In this document: positions 1 through 10,780 of the stretch, piece after piece | Layout: each line of letters opens with the position of its first letter | Numbering within the stretch: the stretch's first letter is position 1 | Translations under genes and position numbers: made by a program | DNA from: Malacoraja senta | Lineage: Eukaryota | Direction of reading: 5' to 3' | NCBI GenBank assembly: GCA_038087875.1 | Contig: CM075990.1 | Location: 6,760,001 to 6,824,000, forward strand | DNA length: 64,000 bases | The notes under the pieces: generated by a model | The model's database searches: none | What the model was told of the DNA's origin: nothing | What the model saw: only the letters and a program-made list of their open reading frames with translations

Positions 1-36
1 CCTAAAATACGTATGCATGTGTACTTTGGGCAGCTC

Positions 37-250
37 GGTGGCGCAGCGGGAGGGTTGCTGCCTTACAACGCTGGGGACCTGGGTTCAATCCTGGCTATGT
101 GTGCTGTCTGTTGGCAGATTGTATGTTCTCCCTGTGACCTGCATGGTTACTCTGGGTGCTCCGGTTTCCACCCACACTCCAAAGACATACAAGTTTGTAG
201 GTTAATGGGCTTTGGTAAGATTGTAAATTGTCCCCAGTGTGTGAAGGATA
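37..250 (+). mobile_element. HE1-like (V-SINE type) tRNA-derived SINE
   Basis: A-box GGTGGCGCAGCGG and B-box GGTTCAATCC, followed by the body (gttctccctgtgacc...ggtttccacccacactccaaagac) that recurs about 20 times in the window. Confidence 0.75.
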
Positions 251-623
251 GTGTGACAGCATTATGGAATAATATCATCTCCAATCACCAGGACCCCGTG
301 CTCCAAACCCACTGTATAGTAGAGACCTATTGGCTGACATATTTAAGTTTGGGTTCAGGTTTAGGTTTAGGTATATATTGTCACAAGTACAGTGAAAAGC
401 TTTGCGTTGCACGCTATCCAAACAGATCAGATATACCATGCATAAATACAATCAAATCAAACTCAAGTACAATAGATAGAGCAAAGGGGAAGATACAGAG
501 TGCAGAATATACTTCTCAGCATTGTAGCGCATCAGTTCCAGAGACAAAGTCCTATGTCTGCAATGGGTAGAGGTGAATCAGACAGTAGCCTGGCTTATGG
601 AAGGACCGTTCAGAAGCCTAATA

Positions 624-1897
624 GAAGACTGTGCAATTCTACTCCTTCTTGACCTCAGCGCAGCATTTGATACTGTCGACCACACCATCCTAATTGACCG
701 TCTCCGGTATGGGGTTGGTATTGATGGCACTGCCCTGAGCTGGTTCATCTCCTACCTCAAAGGTAGGAGTTTCTCGACTAACATAGGCAACTCTTTCTCC
801 TCCCCAGCTAAACTCTGCTGTGGGGTTCCACAAGGTTCCATCCTTGGCCCCATTCTCTTCTCTCTGTATATGCTCCCCTTAGGCCAAGTCATTGAAAGGC
901 ACGGCATTTCCTTCCATTGCTACGCAGACGATACAAAACTCTATCTTCCCCTGAAGCCCAAAAAACAATCAAATCTGTTTAACCTTACCCACTGCCTCGA
1001 GGATATAAAGTGTCGGATGGCCCAGAACTTCCTCCAACTAAACGAGAGTAAGTCTGAGGTCATCCTTCTCGGCCCCTCGGACTCAATCAAACTGATAGCA
1101 GGCAGCCTTGGAAGCCTTACCCCACTACTCAAACCTCACGTCAAAAACCTTGGCGTTATATTTGACTCAGCACTGAAATTTGACAAACAAGTCAATGCCG
1201 TGGTAAAAGCTAGCTTCTTTCAGCTTCGGACGATAGCTAAAATAAAACAATTCCTCCAGTTTGATGACCTCGAAAAGATCATCCACACATTTATCTCCTC
1301 CCGCCTAGATTACTGCAACTCCCTTTACATTGGCATCAGCCAATCTTCCCTGTCCCGCCTGCAACTGGTCCAAAACGCCGCAGCGAGACTCCTGACGGGC
1401 ACCCGAAAAAGGGACCACATCACCCCGATCCTGGCCTCTCTCCACTGGCTCCCTGTGCGGTTCCGTATAAATTTCAAGATCCTCCTCCATGTCTACAAAG
1501 CCCTCAATGGGCTTGCCCCCACCTACATAAAAAGTCTTCTCACCCACCACTCCACCTCCAGGCCCCTCAGATCGGCCGACTTGGGGTTGCTGAATATCCC
1601 ACGGTATAGGCATAAGCTCAGGGGCGACCGCGCCTTTGCGATTGCAGCCCCTAGACTGTGGAACGGCATCCCCTTTCCCATCAGAACTGCCCCCTCCATC
1701 GACTCTTTTAAGTCAAGACTAAAGACTTATCTATACTCCCAAGCCTTTCCTGATGGCCTCTGAGTGAGGGCTACATGTATATATGTATGTAGTTTGTTTT
1801 GTTTGTGCTATTCTTATAACAAATGTAAAGCACTTTGGCCAACGAGAGTTGTTTTTTAAATGTGCTATATAAATAAATGTGACTTGACTTGACTTGA
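624..1897 (+). mobile_element. 5'-truncated L2-clade LINE (RT C-terminal half, 3' UTR, (GACTT)n tail)
   Basis: Open frame to 1763 with [36 protein letters not shown] and LHWLPV motifs; tail tgtaaagcactttg...gtgctatataaataaa then (gactt)x4; CTAATA duplicated at 618-623 and 1898-1903. Confidence 0.9.
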
Positions 1898-2221
1898 CTA
1901 ATAACAGAGGGGGATATGTATATTAGGCCAATAAAGACTAGGGAGATATGCAGTGAGTAAATCAGTTCTATAAGTAGATATACAGTAAGTAACACAGTTC
2001 TTGACAATCTGCAAAAGGACCACTAAGATTATGGGTGTGATCATTTTGGCTCAGTAATACTGCAGGGTAGTCTGCTGCAGACAGTTGCTGCATTTTAATT
2101 GATCCATCACTGCTGAACTTTCCCTCCTGATCATACGACCATGTAATCAATCAGACAAGGGGATGGGAATGAGCTACTTTCCCCTCAATTGTTAGGGTGA
2201 CGAATAAGCACAATGGATACT

Positions 2222-2945
2222 TTAGTTTAGTTCACTTTAGTTTAGAGATACAGCATGCAAACAGGCCCTTCGGCCCACCTAGACCAGAGGTCCCCATACA
2301 TTAGCACTATCCTACACATGAGGGACATTTTACAATTTTTACCAAAGACTACAAGCCTGCACGTCTTTTGAATGTGGGAGGTAACCGGTGCACCCGGAGG
2401 AATCCCACGCGGTCACGGGAAGAACATGCAAATTCCATACAGACAGCACCCATAGTCAGGATCAAACCCAGGTCTCTGGCGCTGTAAATAGCCTGTCCCA
2501 CAGGCTATTAATCAAGCGACTACAGGCGACTAGGCTGTCGCCACATGGTCGCTGGGGTGTTGCCTGTAAGGTCGTGAGTCGTCTCCTCAGTCGCCCAAAG
2601 AGTCAAAGCGTCTTTCTGGTCGCCGCTGGATTTTCAACATGTTGAAAAAAAATTCGGAGACATTCGGCAACAGTGGGTTTGACGCCAATGAGCGTAGCTT
2701 GACTTCTCCTGACGTAGGTGCTGTCGTAGTTGTCGCCAGGTTAACGTAGGTTGTCTACGGTGCTGACTTTGTTTGTTTTTTGTTAAAGTAATGATTCTAT
2801 TTCAAATTTTATGCCGAAGGGGGGGTCCAGTCGCCGGCTTTTCGGCGACCTGCTACGACTATGACAGTCGCTGGCAGTCGCCCAAAAATAACCTAAGTGG
2901 GACAGGCCCTTAAGGCAGCAAATCCACTGCCGTGCAGCGATAGGC
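2222..2945 (-). mobile_element. HE1-like SINE interrupted by a MITE
   Basis: (tttag)n tail at 2222; SINE body runs to ctggcgctgtaa (2487) and resumes ggcagca at 2914. Confidence 0.7.
2488..2910. mobile_element. PIF/Harbinger-type MITE
   Basis: TIRs gcctgtcccac / gtgggacaggccct; TAA duplicated at 2485-2487 and 2911-2913; internal gtcg/cgac motifs. Confidence 0.75.
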
Positions 2946-3703
2946 ATGGCCCTGTTTTGGTTGAGTTCAATGCTAATATCTATTCAAGAGGCTCTGGGCC
3001 TCATCCACTCCACCTGACGACATTAATTTGTCCAAGGACCTGCCTAACACAACCAAGAACCCTGCCTGTTTTGATTAATAGTCATTCCAAAATGGTTGCA
3101 GGCAACAACTGCTGAGCTGGGCTTGGCAGATATCTGCAAAGGGAAAGCTGAATGAAACTCAGTGTTGGCTTAATCAGCAAAATTCTAATTAATACTAATC
3201 TTCATGTATCGACCTCAGTTCAAAGGTTCTTTGTTTAAATTGCCAAAACTATAAAGGGCCTCAAGTCAGAAATCAGAGACAAGAATAGTGGGCATTACTC
3301 ATTGCTTTCAGTTGCTGGAGAAACCTTCGTCTGTGGATATTGGTCTGTCTGGTGTAATTGTTACTTATGAGTCAGAAAAATAATCGCTTTATGATATTTT
3401 CTGGTCTTCCAAAAATAATCTTAATACATATCATCTTACCATATGGGCCTGAGACGCTGGCTTACAGTTTATAAACTGTTTAAGAGTTTCATCATGGTCA
3501 TGGTATTTTTGGGCTAACACTTTAATGGTAAAAATCTGGTCCACTCTGGAACAACAAGGGGTGCGATCAGCTATTTTACTTCGGAGTCACATGAGGGGGG
3601 GGGAACGCTCCCCGCAGCAGTAAGCTTAAAACAGAGATCTACAGGTAAGTTTCTTACTCTGAGGTTGTTTTTCGTGTGTCTTTCTGTTCCAGGAAGGACA
3701 ACG

Positions 3704-4906
3704 ATGGACCGGACCCGTACCAAGTCCAAACGGGCCGCTAAGAAACTGGCTGAGGAGGACCGCGGAAGTACCAGGAGCCAGCAGCGGCCGACTGCAGCAT
3801 CGCAATCTTTGCGATCAGCGGTCTCTGTCCCGGCACCTGTGCAGCCTGGGTCGCCACAGGCTGACACAAACACCAATAGATGGGACACGCTTATGGACTC
3901 CGATGTGTCGGGCCATGAGCAAACGCCGCCGGCAGACAGCGACAGTAGTCGCATTACACGTCCGGAGCGGCTAGTGGAGCAATTGCTTCACCGTGACAAA
4001 CTCCGTGAGCAGGAGTCAAGTCACTACGGGCTTCCGAGGAAGCCCATGGCAGTACCTTTTTCAGGGCTGCACAATGTATCTCCCTCGACAGAGGGGAGCA
4101 TTGGGAGTCATTTCTGGGCTGACTCCGAACAAGGGTTGGCTGAAGAGACTTCAAGTGTGCTGGGGGTGCCAGAAGAGAAGATGCTGGGCATGGTGAAAAA
4201 GTTTGCGGTGCCTCCACAGTCTGGGCAGCCGTTGAAACAACAACTAGCAGCCAGCAGTGACTACCCATCAACCCATCAATTACAAGAACAGGCAGTTAAT
4301 GAAACTACTGCAAAATACCTGGCACCAGGGAACTGTACTTCACTGAATGTCCCAACAGTGAATCCCTCCATCTGGGGACATATTGGTGCAGGTGTAAGGG
4401 CACAGGAGGTACAAATGCAGAAAATCCTTAAACTTTTAACAACTGGGATTACAGCATTTGCCCGGTCGGTGGATGACACGGAAATGACAGAGGCTCAGCA
4501 AGATACGCTGCCGATGCTCTGCAATACACAGTTCGAGATTAACTATTTCCGTAAGAACTCCGTCCGCCCAGCCTTGAACCCCAAATTTGCGGCTCTGTGT
4601 AAGACCAACACCACACCGCCGCCAATTTTGTTATTCGGGGGCAACCTGTCCAAACAGGTTACAGACCTGGATGAAGAGGCGAAAGCCGCCGGGCTCATCA
4701 AGGCATCGGGGAAAATACCTCGGCGACAGCACCCCTACGCATCCACCAGCAGGCCACGTCACATCGAAGCTGGTGAAAGCTCGAAGGCCGCAGCTCAAGG
4801 ACAAAGGTCTTTTTTAGACCGCGGCCCAGAGCGACCTTCGTGGAAGATGCGCCAACCCCGAATACCAGCACCTCAATCGGCCAAGAAGCAGAAGAAAAAG
4901 AGATGA
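3704..4906 (+). CDS. DIRS ORF1, gag-like protein (open frame)
   Basis: Long open frame from ATG 3704 directly upstream of the RT; C-terminal LLFG motif and basic tail; homologous fragments in DIRS copy B. Confidence 0.75.
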   Translation: MDRTRTKSKRAAKKLAEEDRGSTRSQQRPTAASQSLRSAVSVPAPVQPGSPQADTNTNRWDTLMDSDVSGHEQTPPADSDSSRITRPERLVEQLLHRDKLREQESSHYGLPRKPMAVPFSGLHNVSPSTEGSIGSHFWADSEQGLAEETSSVLGVPEEKMLGMVKKFAVPPQSGQPLKQQLAASSDYPSTHQLQEQAVNETTAKYLAPGNCTSLNVPTVNPSIWGHIGAGVRAQEVQMQKILKLLTTGITAFARSVDDTEMTEAQQDTLPMLCNTQFEINYFRKNSVRPALNPKFAALCKTNTTPPPILLFGGNLSKQVTDLDEEAKAAGLIKASGKIPRRQHPYASTSRPRHIEAGESSKAAAQGQRSFLDRGPERPSWKMRQPRIPAPQSAKKQKKKR

Positions 4907-7220
4907 ACACCCCACTGGTAACCATGGAGGTAGGTGGGTCTGGTTCCTCGCAGGACTTAGCTGGTGCAATGGGTACACTTGTTGGTGGTAGGTTACACTG
5001 GTTTAGTGAGGCATGGAGATCAATAACCTCTGATTCTTATATACTGCATAGTGTTCAAGGAAATGAAATTGAATTCGAAAACAAACGCCTTCCTCCGGTT
5101 CAGCATGCGCCCATCAGATCATTTATTCTATCACAACAAGAGAAGTTGGATGGTCATGCTGAAATTAATAGTCTTTATACTAAGGGTGTAATTGAGAGAT
5201 CTCAACATGAGTCTCAAGAATTTGTGTCAAACATTTTCACAAAAAAGAAAAAAGATGGTGGATGTTGCATCATTATTGATTTAAGACAATTGAACACATT
5301 TGTGCAGTATACTCACTTCAAAATGGAAACCTTTGTCACAGCCAAACAATTGATTTCCAAAGGCTACTTCATGGCATGCATCGATTTAAAAGATGCATAC
5401 TATTCGGTGCCTATACACAAGGATCACCGCCGATATCTGAAGTTTAACTGGATGGGGCAGCTTTGGCAGTACAAAGCACTACCTAATGGTTTGACCTCAG
5501 ACCCCAGATTATTCACTAAATTACTGAAACCAGCTATGGCGGTTCTTCGGAAACAAAAACATATAGTCATGGCGTATTTAGATGACATACTAATCGTGGG
5601 TAAAACCTAAGAATTAGCCTATTTAGCTGTTACAGCTACCATAGGTCTATTTAAGAAACTGGGGTTTATCATACATCCAGATAATAATAATAATAATGGA
5701 TGGGATTTATATAGCGCCTTTCTAATACTCAAGGCGCTTTACATCGCATTATTCATTCACTCCTCAGTCACACTCGGTGGTGGTAAGCTACTTCTGTAGC
5801 CACAGCTGCCCTGGGGCAGACTGACGGAAGCGTGGCTGCTAATTTGCGCCTACGGCCCCTCCGACCACCACCAATCACTCACACACATTCACACACATTC
5901 ACACACATTCACACGCAGGCAAAGGTGGGTGAAGTGTCTTGCCCAAGGACACAACGACAGTATGCACTCCAAGCGGGATTCGAACCGGCTACCTTCCGGT
6001 TGCCAGCCGAACACTTAGCCCATTGCGCCATCTGTCAATTGCGCCATAAATGAAAGTTAACACCATCCACGACTATGGATTATTTGGGATCACCATTAAT
6101 TCAGTTCACATGACTGTGACTTTACCTAGGGGAAAGGCAACTGAATTAATGGAAGTTTGCAGCAACCTTGCTGTCATCAGTCAACCATCTATCAGACTAG
6201 TAGCAAGGGTAATTGGCAAAATCGTAGCTGCTTTTCCAGCGACACACTTTGGACCTTTGCACTATCAAAATTCACAGAGAGCAAAAGTGTGAGCACTTAA
6301 ACATCATGCTGGTCATTTCGATAGACCAATGCAATTACCAACAAAAGCTATTTTGGAACTGCGATGGTGGACACATAACATTCGGCGTTCCTACAGCTCC
6401 ATTATTATTAGCAACCCGTCAGTTGTATTACAGACTGATGCCAGCGCTCAAGGTTGTGGAGCCACCAATACCATCTCCAGTTGTGGGGGCAGATGGGATG
6501 CGCATGAATCATCTTTGCTTTATACACTTGGTATAAATTATTTGGAAATGTTGGGAGCATTATATGGTTTGAAGGCATACTGTTCAAAAATGCATCATTT
6601 GCATGTTCGCCTGCAAATAGATAATACCACTGTGGTGGCTTATATTAATCACATGGGTGGAATCAGATCGATATCATGTGATGATCTGGCCAATTCAATC
6701 TGGCAATGGTGTATCCAGAGAAACATTTGGATATCTGCTATTTACCTACCAGGTAAACTTAATTCAGTGGCAGACACCAGGTCACGGAAATTTAATGACA
6801 ACACTGAATGGATGTTGGACCCCAAAGTGTTTGCAGACATCATAGCAAGATATGGAACACCAGATATCGATCTATTTGCATCTAGGCTTAACCACCAGTT
6901 GCCGACATATGTTGCGTGGGAACCAAACCCTGGGGCACCAGCGATGGACGCATTTTCGCTGCACTGGGGAAATTTGTTTTTCTATGCATTTCCCCTTCTG
7001 CCTCATCAGTCGGGTCTTACGCAAAATACAACAAGACTCTGCGTCAGATATTTTGGTAGTACCCGACTGGCCTACCCAGCCATGGTTCCCTGTGGTTCTC
7101 GACATGGTTTCAGAACCATGTATGGCCGTCACTAAAAGACCAGACTTGATGGTCCATCCTGTAACTGGCGAAAGTCATCCATGCCATGACAGGACTAATC
7201 TGTTAATTTGCAGAATTTGA
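4903..7220 (+). pseudogene. DIRS ORF2 RT-RNase H-adenine methyltransferase-like, disrupted
   Basis: RT: IDLKDAY, LPNGL, YLDD. RNase H: QTDAS, INYLE, IDNTT, NSVAD. MT-like: PDIDLFAS, YAFP. Stops at 5608 and 6290, SINE insertion 5685-6045, frameshift near 6990. Confidence 0.9.
5685..6045 (-). mobile_element. Young tRNA-derived CORE-type SINE with L2-like tail, inserted in the DIRS RT
   Basis: Minus strand: A-box gatggcgcaatgg, B-box ggttcgaatcc, CORE-like gtgtccttgggcaagacacttcaccc, tail tgtaaagcgccttgag...ggcgctatataaat then (ATT)n; ATAA flanks both sides; near-identical copy at 44616-44971. Confidence 0.85.
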
Positions 7221-8152
7221 ATAGGCCACTTCTGGATCTTGGACTGACGGACCGAACCATCAACATGATCACGGCGGCACAAAGAGAGTCTACCAGAAAA
7301 CAGTACCTGACTTACATCAGGAAATGGGAACGTTATTATTCCAGGACTAATGTTGAGTATAACTCAGCCACTGTAACTAATGTCCTGGAGTTCCTGGCTA
7401 ACCTTCATTTTGATGAAAGGCTTAGCTACAGTGCCATCAACAGCGCCAGGAGTGCCCTATCCACCTATTTGTGGCGGGGATTCGACTACCATTCACTGGG
7501 GTCTCACCCCTTGGTTTCCAAACTAATGAGGGGTATATTTAACTCGAATCCCCCTAGGGCAAGATATTCTAACATTTGGGATGTGAGTATTGTGTTGACG
7601 TTGCTTCGGGGTTGGTCACTGGTAATGCTGATGGCACTGGTCTCGGCCCAGCGGGTGCAATCGCTACACAAATTACGACTGGACTCGATGGCCAAAGGGA
7701 CAAATGATATAACTTTTTATATTCATGAACTGGTAAAACAAAACAGACCAGGGTCATCAGGCCTTAAACTAGAGTTTCGGGCATACCCTACAGATGTCCG
7801 CTTATGCGTTATGACACATCTGTTACTTTACATAGAACTAACAGCTAAAGTAAGAGGCAAAGAATTGGCACTTTTAGTGAGCCACAAAATACCTCACAAC
7901 AGGGTATCGACCCAAACAATATCTAGGTGGCTTCGACAGGTTTTGGGGGCTGCAGGGGTGGATACTGATATTTACAAATCTCATTCCATCAGGGCTGCAG
8001 CCACATCGGCAGCACGGCACATGGAGGTTCCAATGGATCACATCTTGGGTATGGCAGGATGGTCCAGGGAGAAGACCTTCCAAGAATTTTATAATAAGCC
8101 AGTTGCTAAGCCTGTGACTTTTGCAGATACTATTTTGAGTTCTGTTTTATAA
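7214..8152 (+). CDS. DIRS tyrosine recombinase
   Basis: Open frame with catalytic-type motifs SAQR, HSIR, AGW and FQEFY; apparent in-frame deletion of about 13 codons relative to copy B after LRGW. Confidence 0.9.
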   Translation, partial: NLNRPLLDLGLTDRTINMITAAQRESTRKQYLTYIRKWERYYSRTNVEYNSATVTNVLEFLANLHFDERLSYSAINSARSALSTYLWRGFDYHSLGSHPLVSKLMRGIFNSNPPRARYSNIWDVSIVLTLLRGWSLVMLMALVSAQRVQSLHKLRLDSMAKGTNDITFYIHELVKQNRPGSSGLKLEFRAYPTDVRLCVMTHLLLYIELTAKVRGKELALLVSHKIPHNRVSTQTISRWLRQVLGAAGVDTDIYKSHSIRAAATSAARHMEVPMDHILGMAGWSREKTFQEFYNKPVAKPVTFADTILSSVL

Positions 8153-8836
8153 TACGCCCCAAAGGATAGGGGTCATTATTATAATTTGTGTTAATAAATC
8201 ACTTATTGTTTCTTTTAACAATTGATTCATGTCTGGATTTGTTAACATACTTCCTCCTCAAGTCTACGACAGCAGGGTGTGAAGCATGGACTCGTTCCGT
8301 GGCATGAAATCACAGAGCTTTAAAATCTTCACGTGACTCCGAAGTAAAATAGTAAGATTAAACGAGAACTTACCAGTTTGAAGTTTGATCTTTATTTTAT
8401 GAGGAGTTACGTTGAGGGATTACGTGCCCTCCCCTCTATTATAAAGGTCAGCTGGTATTATTGTTCTTATCTTACTATGTTATTTCGACTACCGTATCTG
8501 TGATTTCACACCACTGCTTTGAAGATATGTCGCGCATGCGCCCTGGCGGGCTCTTCACGTAATCCCTCAACGTAACTCCTCATAAAATAAAGATCAAACT
8601 TCAAACTGGTAAGTTCTCGTTTAATCTTACTATTAATGCACTCTCTCCTAGGGATTGGCTCAGGGCTCTTGCCTCGAGCATAGCGCGAATTGGTCAGATA
8701 TTTCCTAACCCATGCAGAGACTGGGAGCAACTCTTCTGCCCGTGGTCACAGTGGGAGCTTCATGCCTACCTGAACAACCTTCACTTCACATGAGGATATT
8801 CCCACGGTTCATCCATCATAAACAGATCCCACTAAC

Positions 8837-9225
8837 TGATGAGCGATTGATGGCACTGGGCTGATACTCGCTGGAGCTTAAAAGAATGAGGGGGGGGACC
8901 TCATTGAAACAAACATAATATTGAAAGGTTTGGATAGAGTGGATGTGGAGAGGTTGTTTCCACTACTGGGAGAGTCTGGAATTTCTTTTATCAGAAGGTG
9001 ATGAACGTGTAGAATTCTTTGCCAGAGAAGGCTGTGGAGGCAAAGTCAGTGGATATATTTAAGTTAAGAGATAGATAGACTTTTGATTAGTACAGGTGTC
9101 ATGGGTTATGGGGAGAAGGCAGGAGAATGGGGTTAGGAGGGAGAGATAGATCAGCCATGATTGAATGGCAGAATAGACGATGGGCCGAATGGCCTAATTC
9201 TACTTCTATCACTTATGATCTTATG
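8837..9225 (+). mobile_element. CR1/HER1-like LINE 3' fragment
   Basis: Decayed LGLYSLE...VERLFPL...GYGEKAGEWG segment and ggccgaatggcctaattct 3' stem-loop. Confidence 0.8.
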
Positions 9226-9329
9226 ACCACTTCTGCCGCACTTGACTTGACGGTGGTCCCCGAGTGTTTCCCCCAACCTCACAGTCAGATCCTCATGCCA
9301 AGTACCAATCACTCTCCATGTCTCTGAAA

Positions 9330-9630
9330 TATGAGACATAATATCAGTCCTAAAGCCCCCACCGAGTCCACCCCGACCAACGGTTTCCCGCACTCATTAA
9401 TACGATCCTGCATATGCAAGGGACAATTTACAATTATACCAAGCCAATTAACCTACAAACCTCCAAGTCTTTGGAGTGTGGCAGGAAACCGAAGATCTCG
9501 GAGAAAACCCATGCGGTCACGTGGAGAACCGACAAAGGCCATACAAATAGCACCTGTAGTCAGGATCGAACCTGGGTCTCTGGCGCTGCAAGAGCTGTGA
9601 GGCAGAAACTCTACCGCTGTGCCACCATGC
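9330..9630 (-). mobile_element. HE1-like SINE
   Basis: Reverse-strand SINE body ending ctctaccgctgtgccacc. Confidence 0.7.
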
Positions 9631-9703
9631 CACCCGGCTTCTTTTATTACTTTGAAACTGTGACCTCCATGTCCGAATTCACACAGCTTAATTTAAAACA
9701 GTG

Positions 9704-10780
9704 CAGGTAGTTCTGATATAATGTGATAGTTGAGTTCCTAAAAAATCCTCGTGTTATTGAAAATCGCATTATAAAAACATTGTTGTCAATGAGGAAAAGG
9801 GCATTAAGGGGCTGTCCCACTTGGGCGACCTAATTGGCGAGTTTAGGAGAGTTTGAAAAAAATGTCATGTTGAAGACCCCCTTTGACCTCCTTCGACTAT
9901 GTTGAAGACTAGCTTCGACTAGCTACGACTAACTTCGGGAAAATTAGACACCGAATAGTGGAGAGTGAAGACGACCTCCTTCGATCTCCTTCGATCTCCC
10001 TTCAACTATGATGAAGAATATCTACGACTACCTTTGACTACTTTCGACTACCTTCGAATACCCTCGATTACCTATGACTAACATGCCGACCTACTACGAC
10101 TAAACCTACGAGTAAAAAAGTATCGATTTTTTCCATGGCGACTTTTTTTAACTTGCGGACATTTTTCAACATGTTGAAAAATACGCCGCGACCTAGCTGA
10201 GGTCTCGAGTACACGGGGACTACTCTCGAGCATGAAGGAGAGTTACAAAGACCTCCTACAACTTCGTGTCGACCATGCTGCGAGTATGAGTCGAGTGTCG
10301 CCCAAGTGGGACAGCCTTAGAATTATAATAACAATGTGTTTTCGCCATAGGATATATGAAACTAAATGTATTTATAATAGCAATATGTGTATTTTTGTCA
10401 CTGCCTGCTTAAACAATAAAGGATCTTGGATACTATTGTTTATTACAGTATTCCACTAGTGTCAATAGAAGTGATTGCTTCTCAATTTCCATGGCCACCC
10501 GTGGTGAAACTGACATGCAGTGTTTTAAGAGATAATGGTGTCTGATTACTGCTGGAAGATTCAAATGGGAACAGTCTTCTTCCCCAAGACTGTTTATTTC
10601 AAAGACGGCTTTTTTTCTGCACATCATTTTCCAAAGTACCTTTTAAGTGGTACTCCAGTTCTGATGGAAATCGCATTATAACCAATTTGGCCTGCGCAGT
10701 TGAAATAGCATTCCATAATTTATCAGTCACGTTTTATCCAATACACATTATGGGAGAACTCATTCTAGCAAAACTACCTG
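9704..10780. mobile_element. Old non-autonomous DNA transposon (Tc1/mariner-Tigger-like) hosting a nested MITE
   Basis: Imperfect TIRs caggtagttctgatataatg / cattctagcaaaactacctg; TA at the right flank; internal aatcgcattata repeated near both ends. Confidence 0.45.
9807..10316. mobile_element. PIF/Harbinger-type MITE with (cgacta/cgacct) motif arrays
   Basis: TIRs ggctgtcccacttgggcgac / gtcgcccaagtgggacagcc; TTA at 9804-9806 and 10317-10319. Confidence 0.8.

Larger units (their letters stand above)
3574..8632 (+). mobile_element. DIRS1-like tyrosine-recombinase retrotransposon (copy A)
   Basis: Gag-like, RT/RNaseH/methyltransferase and YR ORFs. Internal complementary region (~8333-8426) is the reverse complement of the left end (ttttacttcggagtcac) joined to the right end (8556-8632). 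Confidence 0.95.

Noticed and set aside
13..570. 185-aa ORF
   Set aside because: Runs through a SINE and a reverse LINE tail; no recognisable domain
573..623. N-terminal extension of the 396-aa RT ORF
   Set aside because: Lies outside the L2 TSD in an older repeat; chance in-frame read-through
6800..7100. Adenine methyltransferase-like domain as a novel or bacterial-type system
   Set aside because: An established component of DIRS1-like elements, and frameshifted here
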